Shown one piece after another: positions 23,244 to 32,445 of a stretch of DNA of 64,000 nucleotides. Location: contig JAFSNT010000230.1 of assembly GCA_017443295.1 (NCBI GenBank), forward strand, positions 1,709 to 65,708, given 5' to 3'. The first letter of the stretch is position 1, and the number at the start of each line of letters is the position of its first letter. Made by a program: the position numbers and the translations under genes. Below the pieces are notes generated by a model. The model searched no databases. It saw only the letters and a program-made list of their open reading frames with translations, and was not told the DNA's origin. The DNA comes from Clostridia bacterium (GTDB lineage: Bacteria; Bacillota; Clostridia; Christensenellales; Aristaeellaceae).

Positions 23244-25844
23244 TTGAGGAGCATAGAAAAAGGACTCGTCTACACCAACGACAAATGCATCGGCTGCAAC
23301 AAGTGCATCCGCGCGTGCAGCTGCATCGGGGCCTGCGTATCCACGGAGCCGGACGAAAACGGTAATTCAAGGATCATGGTGGACGGCAGCCTCTGCGTGG
23401 CCTGCGGCGCCTGCTTTGATATCTGCGAGCATAACGCCCGCGATTTTGTGGACGATACCGAACGGTTCTTTGACGATCTGAAAAAAGGCGAAAAGATTTC
23501 GCTGCTGGTTGCTCCCGCCTTCCCCGCCAATTATCCGGATACCTGCGCCAGGGTTTTGGGCAAGCTGAAAGAATTGGGCGTGAACCGCATCATCAGCGTT
23601 TCCTTCGGCGCGGACATCACCACCTGGGGATATATCAATTACATTCAGCAGCATGATTTTTCAGGCGGCATTTCCCAGCCCTGCCCGGCGGTGGTGGGCT
23701 ATATCGAGCGGTATTTGCCGGAGCTGCTGCCCAAGCTCTTCCCCGTGCAAAGCCCCCTCATGTGCGCCGCTATTTACGCGAAAAAGGAATTAGGCGTCAC
23801 GGATAAGCTGGCCTTTATCAGCCCGTGCATCGCCAAAAAGTTAGAAATCGACGACCCCAACAATCACGGGTACGTCAGCTATAACGTGACCTTCAAGCAC
23901 CTGATGGATTACGCCGAAAAATTCAATTTGTACGGGGAACCCTGCCGGGATGAAATGGAATACGGCCTCGGCTCCATCTATCCCATGCCGGGGGGGCTCA
24001 AGGAAAACGTGCTGTGGCTCCTGGGCCAGGACGCGTTCATCCGTCAGGTGGAGGGCGAAAAAAGGCTGTTCCACTACCTGGAAAAAAACAAGGAGCTGCT
24101 GCGGGACGGAAAGACGCCCTTCCTGTTCGTGGACGCGCTCAACTGCGAAAAGGGCTGCATCTGCGGCACGGGCACCGATATGGCCCTGGCCGTCACCGAT
24201 CATTCGCTGTACCATCTGCACGACATCAAGGAGGCCGTGGAAAAGGATACGGCCGGCAGCGCCTGGTCCCGGAACGCCGCGCCGGAGGAAAGGCTGGCCT
24301 GCCTCAACAAACAGTTTGAACACCTGAACCTGGAAGACTATCTGCGCTCCTATACGGACCGGTCGGCCCAATGCACCCTGCGCATTCCCGATCCCGAAGA
24401 GCTGGAAGCCATCTTCCTGGAAATGAACAAGACCGACGAAGCCTCCCGGCACATCAACTGCTCCTGCTGCGGCTATGACACCTGCACGGAAATGGCGACG
24501 GCGATCCACAACGGCTTCAATCACAAGGAAAACTGCATCCATTACTTGAAGGACATGTATGTGAAGAAGGCCGCCGAAACCGACATCATGACCGGCCTGC
24601 CCAACGCCGCCGGGTTCAGAACCTTCGTCAACAGAATGTGGGCGGCGGGAAAGCTCACGTCCTACAACGCGTTCTACCTGAACGTAAAGAGCTTCGGCCT
24701 GATCAATAAAAAGTACGGAAAGCAGGAGGCGGACCATATCATCATCCGCTTCGCGGAGCTGCTTTTATCGTATACCGACGATGACGAGTGCGCGGGCCGC
24801 CTGTCCGGCGACACGTTCATCCTCATGGTGCATAAAGAAAAGACCGACGCCGTGCTGAAGCTGACCTCCGGCGTGGATATCCGCGCCTCCCTGAACGGCC
24901 AGGAAGAAATGGCGACCCTGCAGGCCATCGCGGGCTGCCTGGATATCGACGACGACGAAATGGACAGCGAGGGGATCATCGGCAGATGCTCCACGGCGCT
25001 GAACGTGGCAAGATACGACAAGCACGCGCCCTATTTATTCTCAACGCCTGAAATGCACAAAAAGGCCATTCATCAAAAGCAAATTCTTTCCGTGTTCGCC
25101 GAGGCTTTGGAAAAGGGCGAGTTCCAGCCCTACTATCAGCCTAAGGTCAACACCAAGACCAAGACCCTGGCCGGCGCGGAAGCCCTGGTGCGCTGGATCA
25201 GAGACGGAAAGACCATCACCCCCGGCGAATTTATTCCGATTCTGGAGACCGGCGACAGCATTTGCATGCTGGATTTCTATATTTTCGAGCAGGTGTGCAA
25301 GGATATCCGCCGGTGGATGGACGCGGGCATCGAGCCGGTGCGCGTGTCGACGAATTTCTCCCGCAAAAACTTGGCCGATCCCGAGTTTTCCCAAAAAATC
25401 AGGAAGATCCTGACCGCCTATAACATCCCCAAGCAGCTGATCGAGGTGGAAATCACCGAAACCATGAGCGAGGAAGACAACGAGCGGCTGAGAAGGTTCA
25501 TCAGCGATATGCACGATTCCTCCATCGCCATGGCCATCGACGACTTTGGAACGGGGTATTCTTCTTTGAATATCCTGCGGGATTTCTCCGCCGACGTGCT
25601 GAAATTGGATAAATCCTTCATTGACGGCCACACGGGCACCAAACGCGACAGCGTGGTGGTTTCCAACGTGGCAAAAATGGCCAACGAGCTGAACATGAGC
25701 GTGATCACCGAGGGCGTGGAGAACTGGGATCAGGTCAACTTCCTGAAAAGCGTCAATATTGATATGGTGCAGGGCTTCCTGTTCGACAAACCCCTCCCGA
25801 AGGGAGATTTTGAACAGCGGCTGAGAAATAAAACGTATGACTGA
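23244..25844 (+). CDS. [FeFe]-hydrogenase-like FeS sensor domain fused to degenerate GGDEF and intact EAL (putative c-di-GMP phosphodiesterase)
   Basis: TTG start 8 nt after GAGGAG. Two CxxCxxCxxxC ferredoxin motifs. Hydrogenase large-subunit-like motifs SQPCPAV, SPCIAKKLE and NCEKGCICGTG. CSCCGYDTC FeS domain. GGDEF slot reads RLSGDTF. EAL-domain motifs AEALVRW, EVEITE, DDFGTGYSSL, KLDKSF, EGVE and QGF. Confidence 0.85.
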   Translation: MRSIEKGLVYTNDKCIGCNKCIRACSCIGACVSTEPDENGNSRIMVDGSLCVACGACFDICEHNARDFVDDTERFFDDLKKGEKISLLVAPAFPANYPDTCARVLGKLKELGVNRIISVSFGADITTWGYINYIQQHDFSGGISQPCPAVVGYIERYLPELLPKLFPVQSPLMCAAIYAKKELGVTDKLAFISPCIAKKLEIDDPNNHGYVSYNVTFKHLMDYAEKFNLYGEPCRDEMEYGLGSIYPMPGGLKENVLWLLGQDAFIRQVEGEKRLFHYLEKNKELLRDGKTPFLFVDALNCEKGCICGTGTDMALAVTDHSLYHLHDIKEAVEKDTAGSAWSRNAAPEERLACLNKQFEHLNLEDYLRSYTDRSAQCTLRIPDPEELEAIFLEMNKTDEASRHINCSCCGYDTCTEMATAIHNGFNHKENCIHYLKDMYVKKAAETDIMTGLPNAAGFRTFVNRMWAAGKLTSYNAFYLNVKSFGLINKKYGKQEADHIIIRFAELLLSYTDDDECAGRLSGDTFILMVHKEKTDAVLKLTSGVDIRASLNGQEEMATLQAIAGCLDIDDDEMDSEGIIGRCSTALNVARYDKHAPYLFSTPEMHKKAIHQKQILSVFAEALEKGEFQPYYQPKVNTKTKTLAGAEALVRWIRDGKTITPGEFIPILETGDSICMLDFYIFEQVCKDIRRWMDAGIEPVRVSTNFSRKNLADPEFSQKIRKILTAYNIPKQLIEVEITETMSEEDNERLRRFISDMHDSSIAMAIDDFGTGYSSLNILRDFSADVLKLDKSFIDGHTGTKRDSVVVSNVAKMANELNMSVITEGVENWDQVNFLKSVNIDMVQGFLFDKPLPKGDFEQRLRNKTYD

Positions 25845-25857
25845 TTGAGGAAAAAGC

Positions 25858-27360
25858 ATGGACGGCCGAATGAAGATCAGAGATACGCTGCGGCACGTGA
25901 GCGTGAAATCCATTGTATTGGCGATCATCGTGATTCTGTTCGCCAATATCACCGCCGCCTTTATTGGAAACAGCTTTTACGCGACGGAGAAAGAAACCCT
26001 GCGGCAGCAATGCGAGCTGAACGCCAAGGATTCCGCCAGGGAATACGACCATATTCTTCTGACGCGGGTGAACATCGTCACGCTGGTGGGGCGCACGGTG
26101 GATAGCATGCTGTCTTCCGGCACGGGCAGCAAAAAGATCGAAAAGTACCTGGTGGAGCAGACGAACAACATCGCCGCCACCCTGGATCCCACCACCACCG
26201 GCCTGTACGGCTGGGTGGGCGGCGTGTATCTCGACGGCGCGGGCTGGGTGCCTGAAGACGATTATGTGCCCACCGAACGGCCCTGGTATATCCAGACCAT
26301 GGCATCCGACCAGGAAATCACCTTTGTGGAACCCTACCTGGATTTGCAGACGTATACGGTGATGATGACTGTGTCCGATCTTTTGAGCGACGGGCAAAGC
26401 GTGATCGCCATGAACGTGAGCCTCGACCCCTTGCAGGCCATTGTGGAGCGCATCGCCGCCGCCACGGAGGGCGGCCAGGCCCTCGTGCTGGACGGCAGCG
26501 GCATCGTGGTGGCCCATTCCGATAAGAATCAGCTGGGCCGGAACTATCTGAACGAACCGGAGAGCCTCGGCGGCGCCGTGGCACGCAAAATCCTTGCGGA
26601 CGGGGAAAAGCAGTTTGATCTCAACGCCAAAGAGGGAAATTTCTCCGTTTATGTGGAACAGCTGGAAGGCAGCTGGTACAGCGTCAGCCTGATCAACGCC
26701 GACGTTTGGTACCGCCCCCTGCGATACACCATTCTTGCGTTTTCCGCCATTGTGGCGCTGGTCAGTCTTTTCCTGGTGGCGGTGTTTCTCCGCCTCAGCG
26801 CCAAAAACGTGGCGCTGCAGGCGCTTCATACGCGCATCGACCAGGAGGAGAAGCGGGGCGAGGCCCTGCAGGCGCTGTCCGAAACGGACCGCATGACCGG
26901 CCTGCTGGACCGCGTCAGCGGCCAAAACAAGGTGAACGAGCTGCTGGCCTCCGGCAGCGGCGGCATGTTCCTGGAGCTGGATATCGACCATTTCAAAACC
27001 ATCAACGATACCTACGGGCATCAGACGGGCGATACCGTCATCATCGCCGTGGCCGATTCCATGCGCGGCATTTTCCGTTCCAACGATTTATGCATGCGGC
27101 TGGGCGGCGACGAGTTCGGCGTTTTCGCGGTGGGCATTGTGAAGCGGGAAATGGCCGAGGCCATTATCCGCCGGCTGTTTGAAAGGCTCGAAAAAACGGA
27201 GATACCGGAGTTGCGCGGGGAAAAAATCGCCGTCAGCGTGGGCGTAGCCCTGCACGCGGGAGAAAACGCGGCCTCCTTTGACGCGCTCTACGCCCGGGCG
27301 GACACCGCTATGTATGCAAGCAAAAAGATACCCGGCAACAGCATGACCTTCAGCGGCTGA
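25858..27360 (+). CDS. membrane diguanylate cyclase with extracytoplasmic Cache-like sensor domain
   Basis: TM1, then a ~270-aa periplasmic-type domain, then TM2, then GGDEF with RLGGDEF and an I-site RSND five residues upstream. Confidence 0.85.
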   Translation: MDGRMKIRDTLRHVSVKSIVLAIIVILFANITAAFIGNSFYATEKETLRQQCELNAKDSAREYDHILLTRVNIVTLVGRTVDSMLSSGTGSKKIEKYLVEQTNNIAATLDPTTTGLYGWVGGVYLDGAGWVPEDDYVPTERPWYIQTMASDQEITFVEPYLDLQTYTVMMTVSDLLSDGQSVIAMNVSLDPLQAIVERIAAATEGGQALVLDGSGIVVAHSDKNQLGRNYLNEPESLGGAVARKILADGEKQFDLNAKEGNFSVYVEQLEGSWYSVSLINADVWYRPLRYTILAFSAIVALVSLFLVAVFLRLSAKNVALQALHTRIDQEEKRGEALQALSETDRMTGLLDRVSGQNKVNELLASGSGGMFLELDIDHFKTINDTYGHQTGDTVIIAVADSMRGIFRSNDLCMRLGGDEFGVFAVGIVKREMAEAIIRRLFERLEKTEIPELRGEKIAVSVGVALHAGENAASFDALYARADTAMYASKKIPGNSMTFSG

Positions 27361-27376
27361 CCGAAAGGAGACGCCC

Positions 27377-28606
27377 ATGCAGTATAAAACCGTGACCATC
27401 GTGATCCTGTCCGCCGTATTCCTGTACAACATGCTGCTCCGGCTGATCGAATACCGGTCGGCCCAAAATCCCATTCCCCTGAACGTGCTGGACGTGTACG
27501 ACCTGGACACCTACAAAAAGTGGCGGGCCTATCACGGGGAAAAGTGCCGCTTAGGGGCGTTCAGCGCCCTGGCGGGATTCATGGTGGATCTCATTCTGAT
27601 CCTGCCCAACCTCTACGCCGCCTTTGCCCGTCTGTTTCCCGATACGGCCTTTTGGCAGATGCTGGCCGTGATCCTGTTATCCATGGCGGGCCTCGTGACG
27701 GAGCTGCCCATCGAATACTACGACACCATGGTCATCGAGGAAAAGTACGGCTTCAACCGTTCCACCAAGAAAACCTTCTGGCTGGATCAATTGAAGGGTC
27801 TGCTGATCAATCTGGCCCTGGTGATCGCGGTAAGCTCCCTGCTGCTGGGGGCGCACACCTGGCTTGGGGACTGGCTGATCGTGGTCTTCGCCGGGGCCAT
27901 GACGCTTTTGACCCTGGGTATTTCCTTCCTCTATCCCTTTTTCAGCCGGATCTTCAACAAGTTCACGCCCCTGGAGGACGGGGAGCTGAAGGACAAGCTC
28001 ACCGGCCTGCTGGAAAAGCACGGCTTCAAGGTGCGCGCCATTCAGGTAATGGACGCCTCCCGGCGCTCCACCAAGTCCAACGCCTATTTTACGGGCTTCG
28101 GCAAAATGAAAACCATCGTGCTGTACGACAATATGGTGCAGGCCATGACGACGGATGAAATCTGCGCGGTGTTCGCCCATGAAATGGGCCACGGCCTGCA
28201 TAAGGACACCCTGAAAAGCCAAATCTTTTCCTTTGTGCAAATGCTTTTCATAGGCGCGCTGGCCTGGCTGACCCTGCGCACGCCGGAAGTTTTCACCGCC
28301 TTCGGCTTTCCGGGTGTGAATTACGGCTTTGCCTTCTTCCTGATCACCAGCGTGGAATTTGCCCTGATCGCCCCGCTCTTCGGCCTGCTGGTGAACGGGC
28401 TTTCCCGGCGGGCGGAATACCGGGCGGACGCCCAGGCCGTTCAGGAGGGCTACGGCGAAGCGCTGATTTCGGGCCTGAAAAAGCTGAGGCGGGAAAACTT
28501 TGGGGAATTGGCCCCCTCTCCCCTGCTGGTGAAGCTGGAATATTCCCATCCCACCCTGAGCCAGCGCATTGCGGCCATTGAAAAATTGGGAGGTAAAGCG
28601 GAATGA
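27377..28606 (+). CDS. M48-family (Ste24/HtpX-like) membrane metalloprotease
   Basis: AAAGGAG RBS, multi-TM N-terminal half, HEMGH zinc motif (VFAHEMGHGLHKD). Confidence 0.8.
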   Translation: MQYKTVTIVILSAVFLYNMLLRLIEYRSAQNPIPLNVLDVYDLDTYKKWRAYHGEKCRLGAFSALAGFMVDLILILPNLYAAFARLFPDTAFWQMLAVILLSMAGLVTELPIEYYDTMVIEEKYGFNRSTKKTFWLDQLKGLLINLALVIAVSSLLLGAHTWLGDWLIVVFAGAMTLLTLGISFLYPFFSRIFNKFTPLEDGELKDKLTGLLEKHGFKVRAIQVMDASRRSTKSNAYFTGFGKMKTIVLYDNMVQAMTTDEICAVFAHEMGHGLHKDTLKSQIFSFVQMLFIGALAWLTLRTPEVFTAFGFPGVNYGFAFFLITSVEFALIAPLFGLLVNGLSRRAEYRADAQAVQEGYGEALISGLKKLRRENFGELAPSPLLVKLEYSHPTLSQRIAAIEKLGGKAE

Positions 28607-29541
28607 CCGTGGATTACAAGCTTTTGAACGAGCAAATGGAAGCCCTGGCCCAAGCGGAGGGCTGGTACGTGTCCCTGTTCGCCAACGCCTCGGCCCTGCT
28701 GTGGGAAATGCTGCCCGATATCAACTGGGCCGGGTTTTATACTGTGGAAGGCCCCGATCTGGTGCTGGGTCCCTTCCACGGCAAAGTGGCCTGCATTCGC
28801 ATCCCCCGGGAAAAGGGCGTATGCGGCGCGGCCCTGCGGGAAGGACGCACCATGCTGGTGCCGGACGTACACGCTTTCCCCGGCCACATCGCCTGCGACA
28901 GCGCATCCCGTTCCGAACTCGTGATTCCCCTGCGGGATGGGCGGGGCCGGGTGGCCGCCGTGCTGGACATGGACAGCCCCATGCTCAACCGTTTTTCCGA
29001 TCAGGACCGGCAAGGGCTGGAAGCCTTCGCCCATATCATCGAAAAAGCCATGAAAGGACTGTCCCCCATGGAAAAGACCGTTTATTTGGCGGGCGGCTGC
29101 TTCTGGGGCTGCCAGAAATATTTTGACCTGATGGACGGCGTGATCGAAACGGAGGTGGGCTACGCCAACGGCGAAGCCGAAAACCCCACCTACGAGCAGG
29201 TGAAGCACGGGGCGGGCCACGCGGAAACCGTTCGGGTAGTATATGATCCCGCTAAGCTTCCCCTGCGGGAGCTGCTGGAACGCTATTTCCAGGTGATCGA
29301 CCCCACCGCCGTCAATCACCAGGGGGAGGATTTCGGCGTTCAGTACCGCACCGGCATTTATTTCGCCGACCCCGCCGACGCCCCCACCGTCGCCGCCGCC
29401 CTTCACGACCTGGCCCGCCGCTATGACAAGCCCCTGGCGGTGGAAAACCTGCCCTTGCAGAACTTCTATTCGGCGGAGGAATACCACCAGAAATACTTGG
29501 AAAAGCATCCGGGCGGCTACTGCCACATCCATTTTGACTGA
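28603..29541 (+). CDS. msrA: fusion of GAF-domain free methionine-(R)-sulfoxide reductase (fRMsr/YebR-like) and peptide methionine-(S)-sulfoxide reductase MsrA
   Basis: ATGA overlap with the M48 gene. The N-terminal half is a YebR-like GAF domain (..GFYTVEGPDLVLGPFHGKVACIRIPREKGVCG..). The C-terminal half is MsrA with GGCFWGCQ. Confidence 0.8.
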   Translation: MTVDYKLLNEQMEALAQAEGWYVSLFANASALLWEMLPDINWAGFYTVEGPDLVLGPFHGKVACIRIPREKGVCGAALREGRTMLVPDVHAFPGHIACDSASRSELVIPLRDGRGRVAAVLDMDSPMLNRFSDQDRQGLEAFAHIIEKAMKGLSPMEKTVYLAGGCFWGCQKYFDLMDGVIETEVGYANGEAENPTYEQVKHGAGHAETVRVVYDPAKLPLRELLERYFQVIDPTAVNHQGEDFGVQYRTGIYFADPADAPTVAAALHDLARRYDKPLAVENLPLQNFYSAEEYHQKYLEKHPGGYCHIHFD

Positions 29542-29553
29542 TTTCTTTCTTGG

Positions 29554-29582
29554 TTGACAAACGGCCGCGGACAAAATATAAT
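29554..29582 (+). promoter_or_regulatory. sigma-A type promoter upstream of the third c-di-GMP gene
   Basis: TTGACA, 17 nt, TATAAT. Confidence 0.55.
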
Positions 29583-29655
29583 GATTCCGTCGGGGTTTAA
29601 TTCGTTTTTTCAATATGCAAGCAGCGCATCCCACGCAGCGAGGGAGGTTACGCCC

Positions 29656-31056
29656 ATGAAGCACCACAAGAGGCCCCTGAACCGCAGCATCACCGTGGGA
29701 TGCGTTCTGTTTATCCTCGCCCTGTGCGTGCTGCTGAGCTTCGCCAATCTGACGATGTATAAAAACTACGTTTATGAGGATTACCGCAATTATATCGACG
29801 ATATCCTGAACTATACCCTGTCCGAAATCGACGGGGACGATCTGAAAGCCTGCATCGAAACGGGCGAGGAAAGCGAGCGGTACAAGAAAACCCTGCTTTT
29901 CATGGATCATATGATGGATCATTTCGACGATATCCATTATTTCTACGCCATCCTGCCCCTGAATACCGAGGAAACGGGCAACGTGATGAGCGTGCTTTCG
30001 GCGGAGCGGTATCAAGACCGGTATATCGACACGGAAGGAAATCTCTATTTGGGCTGGATCTCGGACGACGAATTCGACGCGGCCACCGCCGCCCAGTTTT
30101 TTGAGATCATGAAGGGCAAGGGCATCGTTTACTTTGAGGAAGCCACGGAATGGGGCATTGATTATACCGGCGCCGTGCCCATCCGGGACGCCAAGGGAAA
30201 CAGCGTGGCCGTGCTGGCGGTGGATATTGATATTTCCTTCATCAACGGCATGGTTTGGCAGTACGCCGCCGTGAATATCCTGGTGATCCTGCTGGCGGGC
30301 GCGGTGTTCATCGCCATTTTCCTGTTCTGGTCCCGCAGGAACATCACCCAGCCCATCCTGCGCCTGGAGGAAAGCGCCGTGGGCTTTGCGGACCGCAGCC
30401 ACGGCCAGCGGGACGTGAACGCCCTGACCTTCGACGCGCCTCCCATGAAAACGGACAACGAAATCAAATCCCTGTCCGACGCGGTGGTGAAAATGACCGA
30501 GGACATGCGGGATTACGTGACCGACATCATCACCGCCGAGAAAAAAGCCGCCAACATGCAGGAGCTGGCCAACCGGGACGCCCTCACCGGCATCCGCAAC
30601 AAAACGGCCTACGACAACGAAATGAAGCGCGTGGCCGTGAAGTTAGAGGACGGGATTGCCCAGGTGGGCCTGGCCATCGTGGATCTGAACTTCCTGAAAA
30701 AAATCAACGATACTTACGGCCACGACATGGGCAATATCGCCATCCGCAAGCTCAGCCGCATGGTGTGCGTGATCTTCGACCACTCCCCCGTGTTCCGCAT
30801 CGGCGGCGACGAATTCGCCGTGATCCTGCGCGGCACCGATTTCGACCATTACGGCGAGCTGGAAGCCCGCTTTAACGCGGAAATGGCCGCCCTGGCCCGG
30901 GATGATTCCCTGCCGCCCTGGGAAAAAGTGTCGGCGGCCATCGGCGCGGCGTTCTATGACCCGGAGCTGGACGACGGCGTGGACAGTCTGTTTAAGCGGG
31001 CAGACCATGTGATGTACGACCGCAAGAAGGAAATGAAAGCAACCCGAAAAGATTGA
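29656..31056 (+). CDS. membrane diguanylate cyclase (two TM helices flanking a sensor domain, GGDEF)
   Basis: ORF trimmed to the ATG at 29656 (AGGGAGG RBS). MKHHKRPLNRSITVGCVLFILALCVLL. RIGGDEF active site with no RxxD I-site. Confidence 0.85.
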   Translation: MKHHKRPLNRSITVGCVLFILALCVLLSFANLTMYKNYVYEDYRNYIDDILNYTLSEIDGDDLKACIETGEESERYKKTLLFMDHMMDHFDDIHYFYAILPLNTEETGNVMSVLSAERYQDRYIDTEGNLYLGWISDDEFDAATAAQFFEIMKGKGIVYFEEATEWGIDYTGAVPIRDAKGNSVAVLAVDIDISFINGMVWQYAAVNILVILLAGAVFIAIFLFWSRRNITQPILRLEESAVGFADRSHGQRDVNALTFDAPPMKTDNEIKSLSDAVVKMTEDMRDYVTDIITAEKKAANMQELANRDALTGIRNKTAYDNEMKRVAVKLEDGIAQVGLAIVDLNFLKKINDTYGHDMGNIAIRKLSRMVCVIFDHSPVFRIGGDEFAVILRGTDFDHYGELEARFNAEMAALARDDSLPPWEKVSAAIGAAFYDPELDDGVDSLFKRADHVMYDRKKEMKATRKD

Positions 31057-31070
31057 CGCTTTGCACGGCA

Positions 31071-31112
31071 ACAGCGCCCGCCAGCCGGTGTTTATCGGTT
31101 GGCGGGCGCTGT
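31071..31112. terminator. hairpin between convergent genes (DGC and M18 peptidase)
   Basis: acagcgcccgccagccg .. cggttggcgggcgctgt long stem. Confidence 0.6.
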
Positions 31113-31128
31113 TTGCATCGGAACGTTT

Positions 31129-32433
31129 TTATTCCAGGGCGTAAGCTCCATTGCCTAAGCTGCGGATCTCCGTTTCATAGAAGGCCCGCATGCCGTCGAT
31201 CATAGAAGCCACGTCCTTAGCCCCGGCGGTTTCGTAGCTGCTGTGCATGGCCAGCTGGGCCAGGCCGATATCCAGCGTGTTGACGGACACGTGGCTGCCG
31301 GAAATGTTGCCTAAAGTGCCGCCCCCCGGCAGATCGGACCGGTTGGCGTAATGCTGCACCGGCACCCCGGCCTTTTCGCAGATGTGATGGAATACCGCCT
31401 CGCTGACCCCGTCGGTGGTGTATTTCTGGTTGGCGTTGAACTTGATCACAATGCCCTTGTTCATTTCCGTCATATTCAGGGGATCGGAATATTCCGGATG
31501 ATTGGGGTGCATGGCGTGGGCGTTGTCGGCGGACAGCATGAAGCTGTGGGCAAGCAGGGTGTAATAATCCTCCTCCTGGCGGCCCAGGGCCAGCACGACG
31601 CGGCGCAGCACGTCGGAAAGGAAGGTGGAATCCGCGCCCTGCTTGGTGGTGCTGCCTACTTCCTCGTTATCGAACACGCAGCACACGTTGGCGTGACTGC
31701 CGGGCTTGGCGGCTTTCATAGCTTCCACGGAGGCGAAGGCGCATTCCAAATCGTCCAGCCGGGGGGCGGAAATGAATTCCTCCTTCACGCCCCACACCTT
31801 ACCCTCCATCCGGTTATACAGGAACAGGTCAGCCCCCAACAGGCCTTTTTCCGAAACCCCCGCCGCCTTTGCGATTTCCGCCCGGAAGGTATCTTTGGCT
31901 TCTCCCGTTCCCCACAGGGGATAGGTGTCCACCGCCGGATTGAACTTGTAGCCATCGTTCACCTGCCGGTTCATGTGAATGGCCACGTTGGGAATCACGC
32001 ACGTATCCCGATCCAAATTCACCAGCACGGTGGCGACGCCCGTTTCTGTGCGCACCAGGGCGCGGCCCGCGATGGACAGGGGCCGATCGAACCAGCTGGA
32101 CATGATCATGCCGCCGTAGCGTTCCGTGTCCAGCTGCACGTACTTGTCCCTGACCGCCACTTCGGCGTTTTCCTTGATCTTGAAGGTGGGGGAATCGGCG
32201 TGGCTGGCGACGATCTGGAAGCCGGTGCAATCCCCTTGTGGCAAGGTGAAGGCGATCACGCTGCTGCCGTTGCGGATCACAAGGTATTTCCCGCCCGGCT
32301 TAAGATTCCATTTTTCCCCCTCGTTCAGCAGGGTATAATCGCTGAACGCCCGCCGGATGGTATCAATGGCGTGGTAACAGGTGGGGCTTTGCCCGATGAA
32401 TTCGATCAGCTTCTGCACACAGTTTTCTTTCAT
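31129..32433 (-). CDS. M18-family aminopeptidase
   Basis: 434 aa. The N-terminus ..LIEFIGQSPTCYHAIDTIRR.. and overall pattern are typical of aspartyl aminopeptidase/M18. Confidence 0.8.
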   Translation of the reverse strand: MKENCVQKLIEFIGQSPTCYHAIDTIRRAFSDYTLLNEGEKWNLKPGGKYLVIRNGSSVIAFTLPQGDCTGFQIVASHADSPTFKIKENAEVAVRDKYVQLDTERYGGMIMSSWFDRPLSIAGRALVRTETGVATVLVNLDRDTCVIPNVAIHMNRQVNDGYKFNPAVDTYPLWGTGEAKDTFRAEIAKAAGVSEKGLLGADLFLYNRMEGKVWGVKEEFISAPRLDDLECAFASVEAMKAAKPGSHANVCCVFDNEEVGSTTKQGADSTFLSDVLRRVVLALGRQEEDYYTLLAHSFMLSADNAHAMHPNHPEYSDPLNMTEMNKGIVIKFNANQKYTTDGVSEAVFHHICEKAGVPVQHYANRSDLPGGGTLGNISGSHVSVNTLDIGLAQLAMHSSYETAGAKDVASMIDGMRAFYETEIRSLGNGAYALE

Positions 32434-32445
32434 GGGAATCCTTTC

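Noticed and set aside
22406-23254. N-terminal extensions of several ORF-track entries (22406..23254, 56381..57478, 52356..52871, 6352..7170, 58..2148, 18970..20637)
   Set aside because: The family-typical N-termini begin at internal ATGs that have good RBSs. The extensions are Arg/Pro-rich read-through of upstream intergenic or promoter DNA.
28450-30402. 650-aa minus-strand ORF, and similarly 25753..27021
   Set aside because: Both span several well-supported plus-strand genes in antisense and contain no motifs.
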